Positions 37,001 to 49,823 of a stretch of 64,000 bases of DNA are shown in pieces (position 1 is the first letter of the stretch; each line of letters begins with the position of its first letter). The stretch is from Zygnema circumcarinatum SAG 698-1b (taxonomy: Eukaryota > Plantae > Zygnematophyceae): contig CM074804.1 in assembly GCA_037447605.1 (NCBI GenBank), forward strand, positions 7,789,909-7,853,908, given 5' to 3'. The position numbers and the translations under genes are program-made. The notes below the pieces were generated by a model, which saw nothing but the letters and a program-made list of their open reading frames with translations, did no database searches and had not been told where the DNA came from.

Positions 37001-40000
37001 AGGATGCTGAACAGCTACCACGTTTTCAGACTCGCTTTTTTGCCGCTGAGTATGGTCGCTTCTCGTTTCTGGCCTGCGCATGTTATTAGTAAAGAAGCAT
37101 TGTTTCTGTAAGCAGCAGGAAGGCGATAAACCCAGCTTGCTGTTATGTGTACCGCGATCTCGGAAAATGTGAGGTGTGTTAGGGGATTGTTTTATTTTTT
37201 GAAAGTGCTCTGGTGGATAGCCCAAGGCAAACAAACATCGTGCCTTGCGAATGTCGAATCTCTTTCTATGCCTTTCGGTGAGGATGACTTTCTTGCAGCA
37301 CATTCGGAAATGCGAAGCTCCAAGGCCTTCTATTGGATGACTCTCATCCACACTTCAACTCCATGCAAACTCCATGATTGACACCCCTTATAACTTCCCT
37401 CTCGCCATCCTTTCATCCTCCCTTCCTTCATTTTTCGCCCCATATACCCTCCTTAAATATATCTTAGATATATGACGGGCCCCATCTTCTCCCTGCCTGC
37501 CTGTCTGACAGGTGTCTGAGCCGTCTCCCCAGCGCTGTGGGAGACGAGCTCGCACACTTTGACCTCGCTTTGGCCCGCAAGGAGAGGCAGGCAAGCGAAG
37601 CTTCCGGGCAGCTTCCCGGGGACTGGCTGGTTCTGCACTTGTCGGAACTGGTGGCGCTCGCTTTTCAGGTGTGTGCCAATACTACGACTGGAAGATCATT
37701 ATTGGGAGAGGAGAGGGATTTGGGGGGAAAGGAAAGGAGAGGGGAGAGGGAGGTGGGGGGAGGTGATGAAGTTGAAACTGGCAGGATTATCAGATTGACG
37801 TGTCAGTTGCAAGGAATTGTTTCGTTTAGAACTACTGCTGAACTGCAATTTTAGATTGATATCATGAGGTTACACACTACAGTACTGCGGTAGGCATTCC
37901 TTCTGCTGGCTTGGAGTGTACCTCCTGAGGTCGAATCAGCAGCAGAAGCAATCTGTTTAGCTCGTTCACGTTTCTCCTTTCTGGGGACTTCACTTGTTGT
38001 CATTTACAATCGCTAGCATGTGAATGGGATGTGCAGGTTGCCACAGGTACGCTCGAAACGGTGCGGCCAATGGGAGTCACCCTTCTTAGCACTGTTCTCG
38101 ATAAGGTCAGCCATTCACTCCTCTCACTTCAAGGCTGTGACTGCGAAAAGGAGATACAGTGGCATTCAACTCTCTCCCTGAATGAGGTGTTTGTAGGCCA
38201 AGACCTGATAAAATTATGACTAGGGATGTGGGATCGTGATCTACAGTTTGGGAAAACAGAGGATCCGGAATTTGAGGGACATTTGCTTCTGGAACAGTAT
38301 CAGGTGATTGCAGCTCACTTACTTCGAAGTGTTTTCTTGGTTTCTGCATAATCAAGAACATTGCATCATGGTTTAGGCCCTTCTCCACTTTTATTCAGTC
38401 CGTAAATTGCTGATTTTCCACCCTGTAGCAATTCATTTCCGAACAGCGACAGAAACCTACTGCTATGAGCATCTCTGCAATAGTGTGATGTAGAGGTTTC
38501 TGGGTAGTCCAATATAAAGTTGGTCGGTTTTGATGCATTGCAAATGGACCTTTACATGACTGAATGCAGAACTGGCTGATGCCTAAAGGCTTGCAGTCCA
38601 TGATCATGAAGCCTTTTTAAACTTATACCAAAGTAAACTGAAATGTACTGTTTAAACCGTACTGGATCAATGTACACAATAGAAGATTCTCTCCTCACTA
38701 TGGTGTCCCTATGGCCCTCTTCAGGCTCAGCTTCTCTCCACAGTGAGGGCTGCATTTGAAGGAAGCTCCGGCCCTTTGATGGCAACTTCAGGGGCCACTC
38801 TTGCAGCCCAGGTCCGTACTACTACTAGGGAGCCTCTGAAACATGATGTTAACGAAAATTTTGAAAATCAAAGTTTTATGGAAAGGAAAAGGATGAAAGC
38901 ATGAAGGACTCGTTCTTGAGTCTGAAGTAATTCGTATTGTGTGATGAGTCCGAGGATGCTTTCTGATGGGTTCTTAGTCGTCACTCGCATGCAGATAATC
39001 ACAAGCGGAATTGCAGGAGGCGAACGGGCAGTTTTGCAGCGCATTATTGCACTCATTTCCAAACCGCTGTCGATGTGGGACGAGCTCGAGCATCCTTCCT
39101 ATGCGGAATGGGTCGGCTGCAAGGTCTGCATCTTCCACCTATTTGGCCATCAACAGGGGGGGGGGGCTCTTCTGCGCAAACACATGAATAGAGTCAAGCT
39201 CAGTAAAGTAATATACTTCTTTCTCCTGCAAAATCTCTCCTAAGTGGGGGTGTGAAACATGCTATTTTTCAGGTGCGAGTGGAAATCCTAGCAGCCCACG
39301 CACGAGTAAAATGCTTCGCAGGGGGACAGACGGAGAGCCCCTCTCTCTCCTCCCTCCCCTCCCTCCCTCCCTCTGAGCGCGTTTCAAGGGACCGTACCGC
39401 TCTGGCCCCCCTTCTGAAGCCTTCTTCCCAGCTCCTTCTGCGGCACTGGACGGCCGTTCTATGCGACTACGCAGTTGCTCGCAGCCGACTGCCGGCCGTG
39501 CAGGTCGCCCCGCAATGCTTTCTTTTGGCTGAGCTCTTTGTACTTATGCACTGACATTAGTCAGCTTCTTTGACTCTAGCATTACCGGAACATTGTCTTT
39601 GAAATGACAGTAGTATGACTGTTCTATTGTCTTTGAAATGACAGTTGTATGACTGTTCTATTGTCTTTGAAATGACAGTTGTATGACTGTTCTATTGTCT
39701 TTGAAATGACAGTAGTATGACTGTTCTATTGTCTTTGAAATGACAGTAGTATGACTGTTCTATTGTCTTTGAAATGACAGTAGTATGAATGTCCTATTGT
39801 CTTTGAAATGACAGTAGTATGACTGTTCTATTGTCTTTGAAATGACAGTAGTATGACTGTTCTAGTGTCTTTGAAATGACAGTAGTATGACTGATCTATT
39901 GTCTTTGAAATGACAGTAGTATGACTGTTCTATTGTCTTTGAAATGACAGTAGTATGACTGTTCTATTGTCTTTGAAATGACAGTAGTATGACTGTTCTA

Positions 40001-43000
40001 TTGTCTTTGAAATGACAGTAGTATGAATGTCCTATTGTCTTTGAAATGACAGTAGTATGACTGTTCTATTGTCTTTGAAATGACAGTAGTATGAATGTCC
40101 TATTGTCTTTGAAATGACAGTAGTATGAATGTCCTATTGTCTTTGAAATGACAGTAGTATGACTGTTCTATTGTCTTTGAAATGGCAGTAGTATGAATGT
40201 CCTATTGTCTTTGAAATGACAGTAGTATGACTGTTCTATTGTCTTTGAAATGACAGTAGTATGAATGTCCTATTGTCTTTGAAATGACAGTAATATGAAT
40301 GTCCTATGGTCTTTGAAATGACAGTAGTATGACTGTTCTATTCCGCATGCAGGCTGCCTACAAACCCTTCCTTTCGAGCAGCCCCTCAGCGGCAGCCACA
40401 GCTATGGTGCAGGAATACCTTGACGGGATATGGCCCACCTTTCTTGAAGCTGTCAGCATAGACGTCAAACCAAAACGATTGATTCAGGAAGCCGGCAACG
40501 CAGTGAAACTTCAAAATGGCTTCTCGATAGACTCTGAACCCTTACCTCTGGAAACTCACGATGTGGACGAATATGAGGGTGTGGATGAAGGCGAGTTCAT
40601 CCAACTGTGGAGTCTTGCATTGTTGGTTTTGTCTGAGAAATCTGCATCCGGACCTGCTCTAAGGTCGGGGGGGCAAAGCTACCCTTGGGAGAAGTTGGCA
40701 GTGGAGCAATCTCAGCGCAGTTCACTGCAAGCGGAGGAGGAAAAAATGGCGGCTCTTCGGGCTCTGTGGAGGCTCAGTTCATCTCCGTTTTGCAGAGCAG
40801 AGCTGCTCTCTTTGGAGCTCTACACTGAACTTGTGCAGGTAAACGCAGCCACTCGTTTTACACTCTATTTGGCATAATTTGTAGCAGGCCTGTGAAAGGA
40901 GGCAACAGTTGACATTTCTCAGGTTTGAGGTTTTTTTTTTTTTTTTCGCATGTTGGAAAATGATGTTGAACCGATGTGGTTCTGAACCATGCCGCGTGTT
41001 TCAAGAATGCCTGCTGTTGTAGACGAAATGAGAGAGATAGGATCTTTGTTTCATGTGAAAGAGTCTGACAATAGAGCAGGTTTACGTGAGAAGAGTGGAC
41101 CTTTGAACACTAAACGCTCATTTTTTTTTGTTTTCCCTTCTCTTTAATCAAACTGGAGATTGTATAGGCTTTTCCTGGTCGCACAGACCTCAGGAGTGTC
41201 TGTGTAAGCTCATGTTTGACTTCAATTTTTTGGCTTCTGAGCTTCGAATGGGAGCTTTGTACTTGTAAATGAGCGGCAGGTGCTATTGGATTTGGAGTTG
41301 GCAAAACAGCCTACTCTGCAGACCGCTGTAGTCGACATTCTGGCACAGGTTCGGATCACATGGTTAAACTCGTTAACAAAGCAATAACTTTAGTATCTTC
41401 TATTTTTCCTTTTTAGTGTGATTTACATTTGCTGCAGGAGTGATTTGCATGGAGGAGAGAGTATGCAGATGTTTGTGGTTTGTTTGTCTGACTGTAACCA
41501 GTGCCACGTGGCAGGTGGTGGAGGCTGCCCCAGAAGAATATTGGCAGGACTCGGACCTCCCTCTGAGCGTGGCAGAGCTCGGACTGACACAGTTGCATCG
41601 CTTAATTGGAAGGTCCGAATTGTTATTGTTATTTTTATTTTGGCTTAGAAATAGCCGCCGTTTCAGGACAAAGAAAAAGAAAACTCATTGCTTGTGCAGG
41701 TCTGGTGTTCATCTTAGAAATTCACACCAGGAGGGAGAGGGAGGGTAGCGGGAGTGACAGCCGAGTGGGGAGAAGGAGAGAGATGGGCAGAGAAGGGTGG
41801 GAGGTGGATCGGGGAGAGATGATGGAAAGTACGGGGGAAGAGTGAGAAGCAATCGGAGAGAGAAAAGGGGGGTTGAAAAGTTGGAGTCAAACTTACTTGG
41901 ACTGAGGTTTGGAGGGGTCTTTTGGATGGTGACAGCGACATTGCAAGCGGAGGGAAGGGTCTTTCTGCAGAGGATGAAGCTGCGCTGCTTTCGGTAATGA
42001 GCTCGATGAACATATTTGCTTCTCGACTGAACCAACAGGTAATCTTTGAATTTCATTTCATTTCCGTCAAAAGCACCGTATTCGTTTGAACATCTTTGCG
42101 ATGCTAACGCATGGAGTGAGCTGGACTCATCCTGGGTTCGTTCGGTCAGTGCTTAGTCTTCAGCATACATTTGCTCTTGAAAAGTTCGGTCCTTTTGAAA
42201 AAGTGTACAGCTACCGTAGTGTGCCCCGAAAAATGTGTGATCGTAACGAGTTCATGAAGAAGCTTCGTGACATTTTTAGCGTTGTGTGAGCGGCTTATTC
42301 ATTGTGAATTGAGAATTTCCATGCCTCAAACACCCCAGCTGTCACTCCGACTCATCTGTCACTCTCACTGTAGTACTCTGTATCACCCATGTAAACTATA
42401 CCTTCAGACCTCCCTTCTAATCACCACTCGATCTCCCTATTTGTTCCTACACTGAAGCAGTGATACTATGACTGGGTGGGAATGCTGGGCAGTGGGAGGG
42501 AGTGCTCCTCCCTCAGCTGCTCTGCGCTGCTCTGCGTATCCTCCGTCTCGCTCCCACTGCCGGACCTGTGCTCCCTAACGCCGTAAGGCTTGCAACCAAG
42601 CTGGTCAGCGCGGGCCGGCCCACCTCCTTAGGTCAGCAACCCAAAACCCTATTTTTTTCTAAGGGCCAGGGAAGTGAAAATCTCAGAATTGCACGTTGAA
42701 GGGATTGGTTGTCGGCAAGTCCTCCTTGCGAGCTTCCAGGAAATATTGGTATTCGTTCGTCTTCGTTGGAAATCTGAGGTGCATTTGTTGTTGTTCCATC
42801 AGCTGTCATTCACCTATTTCAGAAACCACTCAATACTCATGCTCTTTCCCTTCCCAGACATAGTACGAAGTCTCAGCTCCTCACTTAACTAACCCATTGT
42901 TTTTTTCAGTCCACTCCCACTCCCTCTCCCTCTCCCCTCCCCCCCTTTTCCCTCTGCATCTCTCTCTCTCTCTCTCTCTCTTCCCCCCTCCTCTCTCTCT

Positions 43001-46000
43001 CAACTATTCAAAAAGCCGTCATGGGCCTGATGGAACGCAGCTGGAGAAGACATGGCGTGGGCAGGGCAGAGGGCAAGCATTGCCGCCTCTGCTTTAGAGA
43101 GCGTGGCCCAAATGGCAGATCGTCTTATTATGGCAGCGCTCAAGAGGGCCACTCAGGCAGAGAGCTCCTTCCCCGACCCTCTCCCTTCACCCCGTCAGAG
43201 CCCAAGTCGGCAGCCCTCTTCATCAGGCAGGAGAACAAGTTTTGATAACACTACCATTGCAGAGGCAGGTCTATCTTCATCTCCTCGCTTTGACCGGCAA
43301 AGCTCCCTCGGAGGGCGTAAAGTTGGGCTGCTTGACCCCTTTAAGGGGGAGCTCTCTACCACCACTGAGCGACTCATTTTGTCTCCGGGATCAAGGAGAA
43401 ACAGTCGGAATGAGGCAATAGATAGTGATCCGGAAACTTCTCAGCGGCTTCCTATGCTGTTGACTCTGATGAATGTTATGGCCCCTGCGATTCCGAAACC
43501 TCGCGGAGATACTTTGGTGGAACACTTCAGCGAGCAGGGCTATAAGCGATGCATGGGCTGCTTCAAGGCAGCTTTGTCTTCGCCTGTTCCTCTTGTAAGA
43601 TATAGGGCTTGTTCTCTCACTGTTTGCAACGGATTGGGGGATATTTTTTGTTAGATATTTATCTAGTTGGTTTGTAGAGCTTTTGAATGGGTAGGGGTTG
43701 TTGGAATCTTTTGTTGCATTACCGTTGCACATGACCCGTTATTGATCCTAACGAATTCTTCATGACACACCCATCAAGGAGCAAATGCCAATCTTGATAC
43801 TCCAGGGAAAAGATTCTCCTTTCGTGACGAAACATATATTAGAGAGGAGAACGACTAGCTCTACACCCTCCGCACTCTCATAGCGACCAACTTACATCTT
43901 TGTTTCCTGGTTCGAACTTTGTTTCCTGCAGGTTCAATTGGCCGGTCTGCATACTCTCCGAAACTTGCTGCAAACAGCGAGCGGAGACGAACCTTTGGAT
44001 TCCCGCCGCTTGTGGGCCCTGCACTGCATGCAGCAGCTGGGAGAGGTCATTTGCGGTCTGGTCTATGCAGCCTGCCAAGTGAGGATTTCAATCTCCACAC
44101 TGCCTCAAGGGGCAGATGAATGGATGAAGCAGATTACTACTACAACTTTATATGCGGGGAGGGGAGGGAGGGGAGGGAGGGGAGGGGGGGAAGGGAGGGA
44201 GCGACTTTGACCGGTTTGTCTTTTCGGTTTAAGAGTGTGAAATAGGAAGGACTCATGTCTTGCTGCCATGTGGGGAGTGTTTTTTCATAGCTTGTTTGCT
44301 TGCATGTGAATCTGCAGGAGGCTGTGATGACTTCAGTCCATGCCAATGTGGTGCTGGAGAGCTTGAAGTTGTTTTTGTTGCTCCACACGCTCGTGGACGG
44401 GGAGGAGAGGCAGAAGGCAGTGGTGGCTGTTCTGCTGCCTACTGCTATCTATGCAGCGGCTCCGCGCAGCGACCAGGGAGCTACTTCAACATCTGTAAGC
44501 TGCTGCTTTACAAAAAGCTGAAACCCACTTTGAGTTTTGTGGGTGTTCGCTGTTGTTGTTCTCTCTTACTGCAACTGTCGGTGGATGCCTTGGATGAGAA
44601 TACCACTTCATTTTTCATACGACGAATGGCTCGTATCCTGCACCCCCAACCCCTTTTTTGTGGAGCCCATTTGCTCTGATCAGGTGGGTGATCCTCAAAC
44701 TGATGAATTCTGACTTATTCTGTTGTGGAGGAGTCTGCAGACCCATACTGCCCTTGTAAGCCTCGTGGTGCGCATAGTCGAACGCTTTGCATCTTCATCA
44801 GCGGCGCAACTTCAAGCAGTTGCCGCCGCCCTCCCGCCGGAATCGAAGGCTCAACTGCAGGTACATGCTGCCCATCTTTTTCCTATTCATAAGGATAAGG
44901 TTGGTCTGTGCGAGGCCAAGCATTTTGTCTACCAATTTCATGATGGCTGCTTCTCACTAAGTCAATTGTCATGAATGTTGGCGGTTGACGACCTAACCTT
45001 GGTTTATTTACCTTAGTTGGTTTATTCAATTTCAGTTCTTTGCTAAGTTTAGAGTAGCTTTGTCCAATCGGTTCAGTGCAGTACATTTCCGGATGCAAAA
45101 TCTGTACTTCATAATAGCGGACGATCCCTGCTCTTCTGAATGCAAGTGTTTGTTTACGTTTTCCACAGGCTATTATAAGGTCCACAGCCCCCACCAATGC
45201 AGGAACGACTGCGGCAGGCAGTGCAATGAGTGGCGGTCCTTCAAAGCAAAGCATCTTGCCAGAGATAAAGGGCCATGCTTCAGCCCCTCTCTCCCTGTCA
45301 GGTGGTCTCCTCCCACCCCCTCCAATCGCTCTTTTGGCGCCTCCTCCCTTCCGTCATTCAGCTCCAAAGCAGGATGCACCTGCAGTGACTGCAGAACATG
45401 ATGGAGAAGAGGAGGAGGAGGATGGAGATGAGTGGGATGCCTTCCAGAGCCATAGAGCTGTGGCTCATTCTGAGACTCTACCCGCACCTATCATCACTGT
45501 TGTTCCAATCGAGGCTGCCTCACGGACTATCTCGACGAGCGAGGAAATAGCAACAACCGATTCACATGAAGATAGTCAGTGGGATGCTTTCCAGGGCGGC
45601 TCTGCAATGGGTGGGCAGGGCTTTGAGCCAACTCGCATGGACCTGGTATTGCCTTCTCCAAATGAAGGACAAGTGGAGAGCTTAGGGAATGATGCAGAGG
45701 ACGATGATGACGACAGCTGGGACGACTTCCAAACCTCTGATGTGAGCGTGCAGAGAGATGCAGTGGTAGAGTCTGCAGATGCAGAGGGTGGCGAGGAGGC
45801 AGCCGGCAGCACTCCTGGTGATGAAGGAGAGAGGCCCTTTTTAGATGACGGCAGTTCTCCGGACGTATCTGCTGAAGCGCTTGTCCCTTTAGGTGATGGA
45901 GGGACCGATGAGGCTCCCCTTGAAGGAACTGCGGCAGCGGAGATAGTGGCTCAAGATGAAGCCCTCACAACTTCCATTGCAACTTCAGGAGTGTGTGAAG

Positions 46001-46095
46001 ATGGGGAGGTTGAAGTGAAGGAGAAGAGCAAGGAAGAAGGAACAAAGGCAGCTGCTGATGTGGCGGAAAAGGTGGAGAAGGAATCTGTAGGTTAG
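25019..46095 (+). CDS. HEATR5: HEAT-repeat protein HEATR5/Laa1 ortholog (plant SWEETIE), multi-exon, ~21 kb
   Basis: First exons 25019-25168, 25541-25745, 25942-26048, 26853-27089, 27291-27380 give MATDEAIPKMGALMAELQ...QQKAPDPLVCFDILTKLL...QRKCEDTLQSLLVLGA...ISIYSRVSGLQG...GVAQCLGAL...GGPGLAGG, colinear with the SWEETIE N-terminus. Many further GT-AG exons follow. The last exon is ORF 45226-46095 (acidic tail). Not every internal boundary was resolved. Confidence 0.92.
39592..40339 (+). repeat. Intronic minisatellite: exactly 22 x 34 bp
   Basis: Unit ATTGTCTTTGAAATGACAGTAGTATGACTGTTCT with no indels (748 bp = 22 x 34). It occupies most of HEATR5 intron 39504-40352. Confidence 0.97.
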
Positions 46096-47032
46096 CCGCC
46101 ATTGATGTTTGCGGAGCATAGTGAGTCCAGACTGGCTGACTGCATCAGTCGTTTTCTTGTTTGAGGCGGAGCGTTAGGTTTTTAGGTTTACAGTCTCACT
46201 GCTCTTGTTCTTGTGTGGTTTGGTTAAGGACCACATGAAAAAGGATGCTGCTTCGATGTGAGCTGCCAAGTAAAACCATGCTATTCTGAATGCGTAGAAA
46301 CGTGAACAAGGTCATCTGAATGCTCACATTACCTACGTTAGGATGCCTTACTTTTTTTCTTTTGTCCTTGGGTCCTTGGCGACCAGTTAGTTCTTCGTGG
46401 TTCCCCATGGTGATGTTTTGTCATGTACATTTGATGGCCTCGCCGTCGTGAGGTCAATGCCACATCCTTCCCCGAAGACTTCTTATTGGCTATCAGTTAG
46501 AAGAAGATTTTCACAATGCTTGTCAAGCAATTAAACAAGCTCTGGGACCCCCCAATATGTGCCAGAGGCAGGAGGGAGGCATACGCCAGCAGGTTTTTTT
46601 CCGCCGCTAAACGACAAAAAACACCTCGTGCTCAATAAGGAATGCCACCATTCCGCGCAGGTTTCGCGCATGATCTGCAAACTTGATGACGTCATAAAAA
46701 AGCAGGTTCTGCACGGGTACGCCGTACATTTCTGTCCAGTGACGTACGGTATGTCGTACGATATTGTACGGTATAGTACGGGCGATAGTTGCAGGAGGGC
46801 AGGCAGGGGCCAGAGAGGCAGGTTTGCAAATTGCAGGTTTGAGGAGAGGAGAGGAGAGGCGGCGGGCAGGCGGGAGGGAGAGGAAGAGGGAGAGGGAGAG
46901 GGAGAGGGAGGGGATCAGGGAGGGGATCAGGGGAGGGGAGGCGTCCGGGAAAGGCAGGAGGAGAGAAAGAGAGGGAGAGAGAGCACGAAGAGGAAGGTTT
47001 GAGGAAGAAAGGGAACGGAAAAAGAAGAGGAG

Positions 47033-49823
47033 ATGGCCATGGAGGTTACTCAAATCCTTCTGAACGCGCAGTCACTTGATGCCCAAGTGCGCAAGCTTGC
47101 GGAGGAGAACTTGAAGCAGTTTGAGGAGCAGAACTTCCCGGTTTTTCTGGCATCTTTAGCCTTGGAGGTAGCTAACCCGGAGAAGCCGGATGAATCGAGG
47201 CGGCTGGCAGCCCTGGTCTTGAAGAACGCTGTGGGTGGAAAGGAGCAAGCGACGAAGCAGACCTTTGCGCAGCGATGGCTGGGGATTGACCCCGCTGTAA
47301 GGGCGCAGATTAAGTCGGCTTTGCTGTCGACACTGACTTCTGTGTCACAGAGCGCTCGACGAGGTGCTTCACAAGCAATCTCAAAGATTGCTTCAATTGA
47401 ACTGCCCGTTGGACAGTGGCCTGAGCTGGTGGCAAGCTTGCTTGCGAATATGGGAACTCCAGGGCAGCCGGCTCCTGCTCACGTCAAGCAGAGCACTTTG
47501 GAGGCGTTGGGATATGTTTGTGAAGAAATAGCGGGCACTGATGCTCTTGCACAGGAGCAGGTGAACAGTATATTGACGGCAGTGGTGCAGGGCATGAATC
47601 AGAACGAGAGCGATAATGAAGTGCGCTTGGCAGCAACTCAAGCACTGTTCAACGCACTGGACTTTGCGCACACCAATTTTGAGAATGACATGGAGCGCAA
47701 TTACATCATGACTGTGGTGTGCGAAGCAACCCTTTGTCCAGACCATCGCGTGCGACAGTCTGCTTTCGAATGTTTGGTGGCCATCTCGTCCACCTATTAT
47801 GAGAAGCTCGCTCCATACATGCAGGACATATTTGTAATCACTTCGAAGGCCGTTCGGGAAGATGAGGAATCAGTAGCTCAGCAGGCCATAGAGCTTTGGT
47901 CGTCAATATGCGATGAGGAGATCGACATTCAGGAGGAGTATTCAGGAGATTCGGAAGTTAATAACTATCATTTCATTAAACAAGCTTTGCCTGCATTGGT
48001 CCCTATGCTTCTGGAGACGCTGACGAAGCAAGAGGAGGGCCAAGACGGAGAGGACGATGTTTGGAACCTGTCCATGGCAGGGGGGCGCTGCCTGGGACTG
48101 GTGGCCCGCACTGTGGGAGACGACATCGTGGAGCTGGTGATGCCCTTCGTGCAGGAGAACATCACGAAGTCCGAATGGCGTTGTCGGGAGGCTGCCACCT
48201 ATGCTTTTGGATCTATCTTGGAAGGACCTAGTCTGGAGAAGCTCACTCCCCTAGTGAACATGGCGCTCATTTTCATGCTGAACGCTATGAAGGATGAGAA
48301 CACACATGTGAAGGACACGACTGCCTGGACGTTGGGTCGCATTTTTGAATTTCTCCACGGTCCCAGTGTTGAAACACCAGTTATTACGGCGAACAACCTA
48401 CCGCACATTCTGAATGTACTCCTTGAAAGTATTAAGGATGCACCAAATGTAGCAGAGAAAGTGTGTATTGCCCTTCTCAATCTGGCAGCTGGATACGACC
48501 AGGCGGAGGGCTCTTCTCCTTTGTCTCCCTTTTTTCAGAATATTGTCTCTGCATTGTTGTCCACTTCGGACAGGGACGACGCTCCCGACATGCGCCTTCG
48601 AATCACTGCATATGAGACACTGAACGAGGTGATCCGCTCTTCGACTGACGACACCACTCAGACTGTTCTTCGCCTTGTGCCGGTGATCATGCAGAAGCTG
48701 AGTCAAACTCTCGACATGCAAGTTATGTCGAGCGACGACAGAGAAAAGCAGAGCTCGTTGCAGGGGCTACTTTGCGGAGTTCTGACGGTAATCATTCAGA
48801 AATTGGAAAAGAAAAGCGTAAGCATTGCTCAATATGCGGATCAAATGATGCAGCTGTTTCTGAGAGTTTTTGCCTGTCGGCGTGCCACTGTGCATGAGGA
48901 AGCCATGCTGGCGATCGGCGCGTTAGCCCAGGTTACGGGAGTGGAATTTGGCAAGTACATGCAGGAATTCTACCGTTATTTGGAAATGGGCCTGCAGAAC
49001 TTTGAGGAGTACCAAGTGTGCTCTGTGACAGTGGGGACTGTGGGAGACATTGCCAGAGCTCTTGAGGACAAGATTCTGCCTTACTGTGATGGCATCATGA
49101 CACAGCTGCTGAAGGACTTGTCTAGTAACCAGCTGCATCGAAGTGTGAAGCCTGCCATTTTCGTATGCTTTGGAGATATTGCTCTGGCTATCGGCGAACA
49201 TTTCGAAAAGTATTTACTGTATGCGATGCCTATGCTTCAAAGTGCAGCTGAACTTTCAGCACAACAGATACAGCGAGATGATGAGATGGTGGAGTACAAC
49301 AACCGTTTGCGCGTTGGCATACTTGAGGCCTACACCGGAATTTTCCAGGGTCTCAAGCCAAACAAACAAGAGATCATGCATCAATATTGTGACCATATTC
49401 TGTTTTTCATTGCGAACGTATATCACGACAAGGACAGGTCTGTTTCTGTTTAAAACCTTTGTTCTTTACACCAAGCCAGTGTGTCTGTCTAGCTGGCTGT
49501 CTGTCCCTCTGTTTCTGTCAGTTCACCTTCTATCACGATATGCTGCTATTGAATATGCACTCGTATTGTATTGCTGCACACTTACGAACTGTGTGGCTCT
49601 GCTCAAACTGTTTATGGGTATCAGGGACGACGCAGTGACATCGGCAGCTCTGGAGCTGATGGGCGATGTGGGCGAAGCACTTAAGGCCGCTGCACCGGCC
49701 TTTTTCGCCAAGCACCCCTTCCACAGGGAGTTTCTCGAAGAGGGCTTGACACATGATGATCCGAAAATAAAGGACACATCGAACTGGTCTCGAGACCAAA
49801 TTCTTAACATTAAACGCGATTGA
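47033..49823 (+). CDS. KPNB1: Importin subunit beta-1 (karyopherin beta-1), ~867 aa
   Basis: Exon 47033-49437, GT-AG intron, exon 49625-49823. Motifs: IBN_N (EVTQILLNAQSLD...LKQFEEQNFP...RRLAALVLKN), DDVWNLSMAGGRCLGL, EWRCREAATYAFGSILEGP, LHRSVKPAIFVCFGDIALAIG. Confidence 0.98.

Noticed and set aside
39592-40339. CRISPR-like array (34-bp repeat containing TTTGAAAT)
   Set aside because: Units are head-to-tail with no unique spacers, there are no cas genes, and it lies in a eukaryotic intron. It is a minisatellite.
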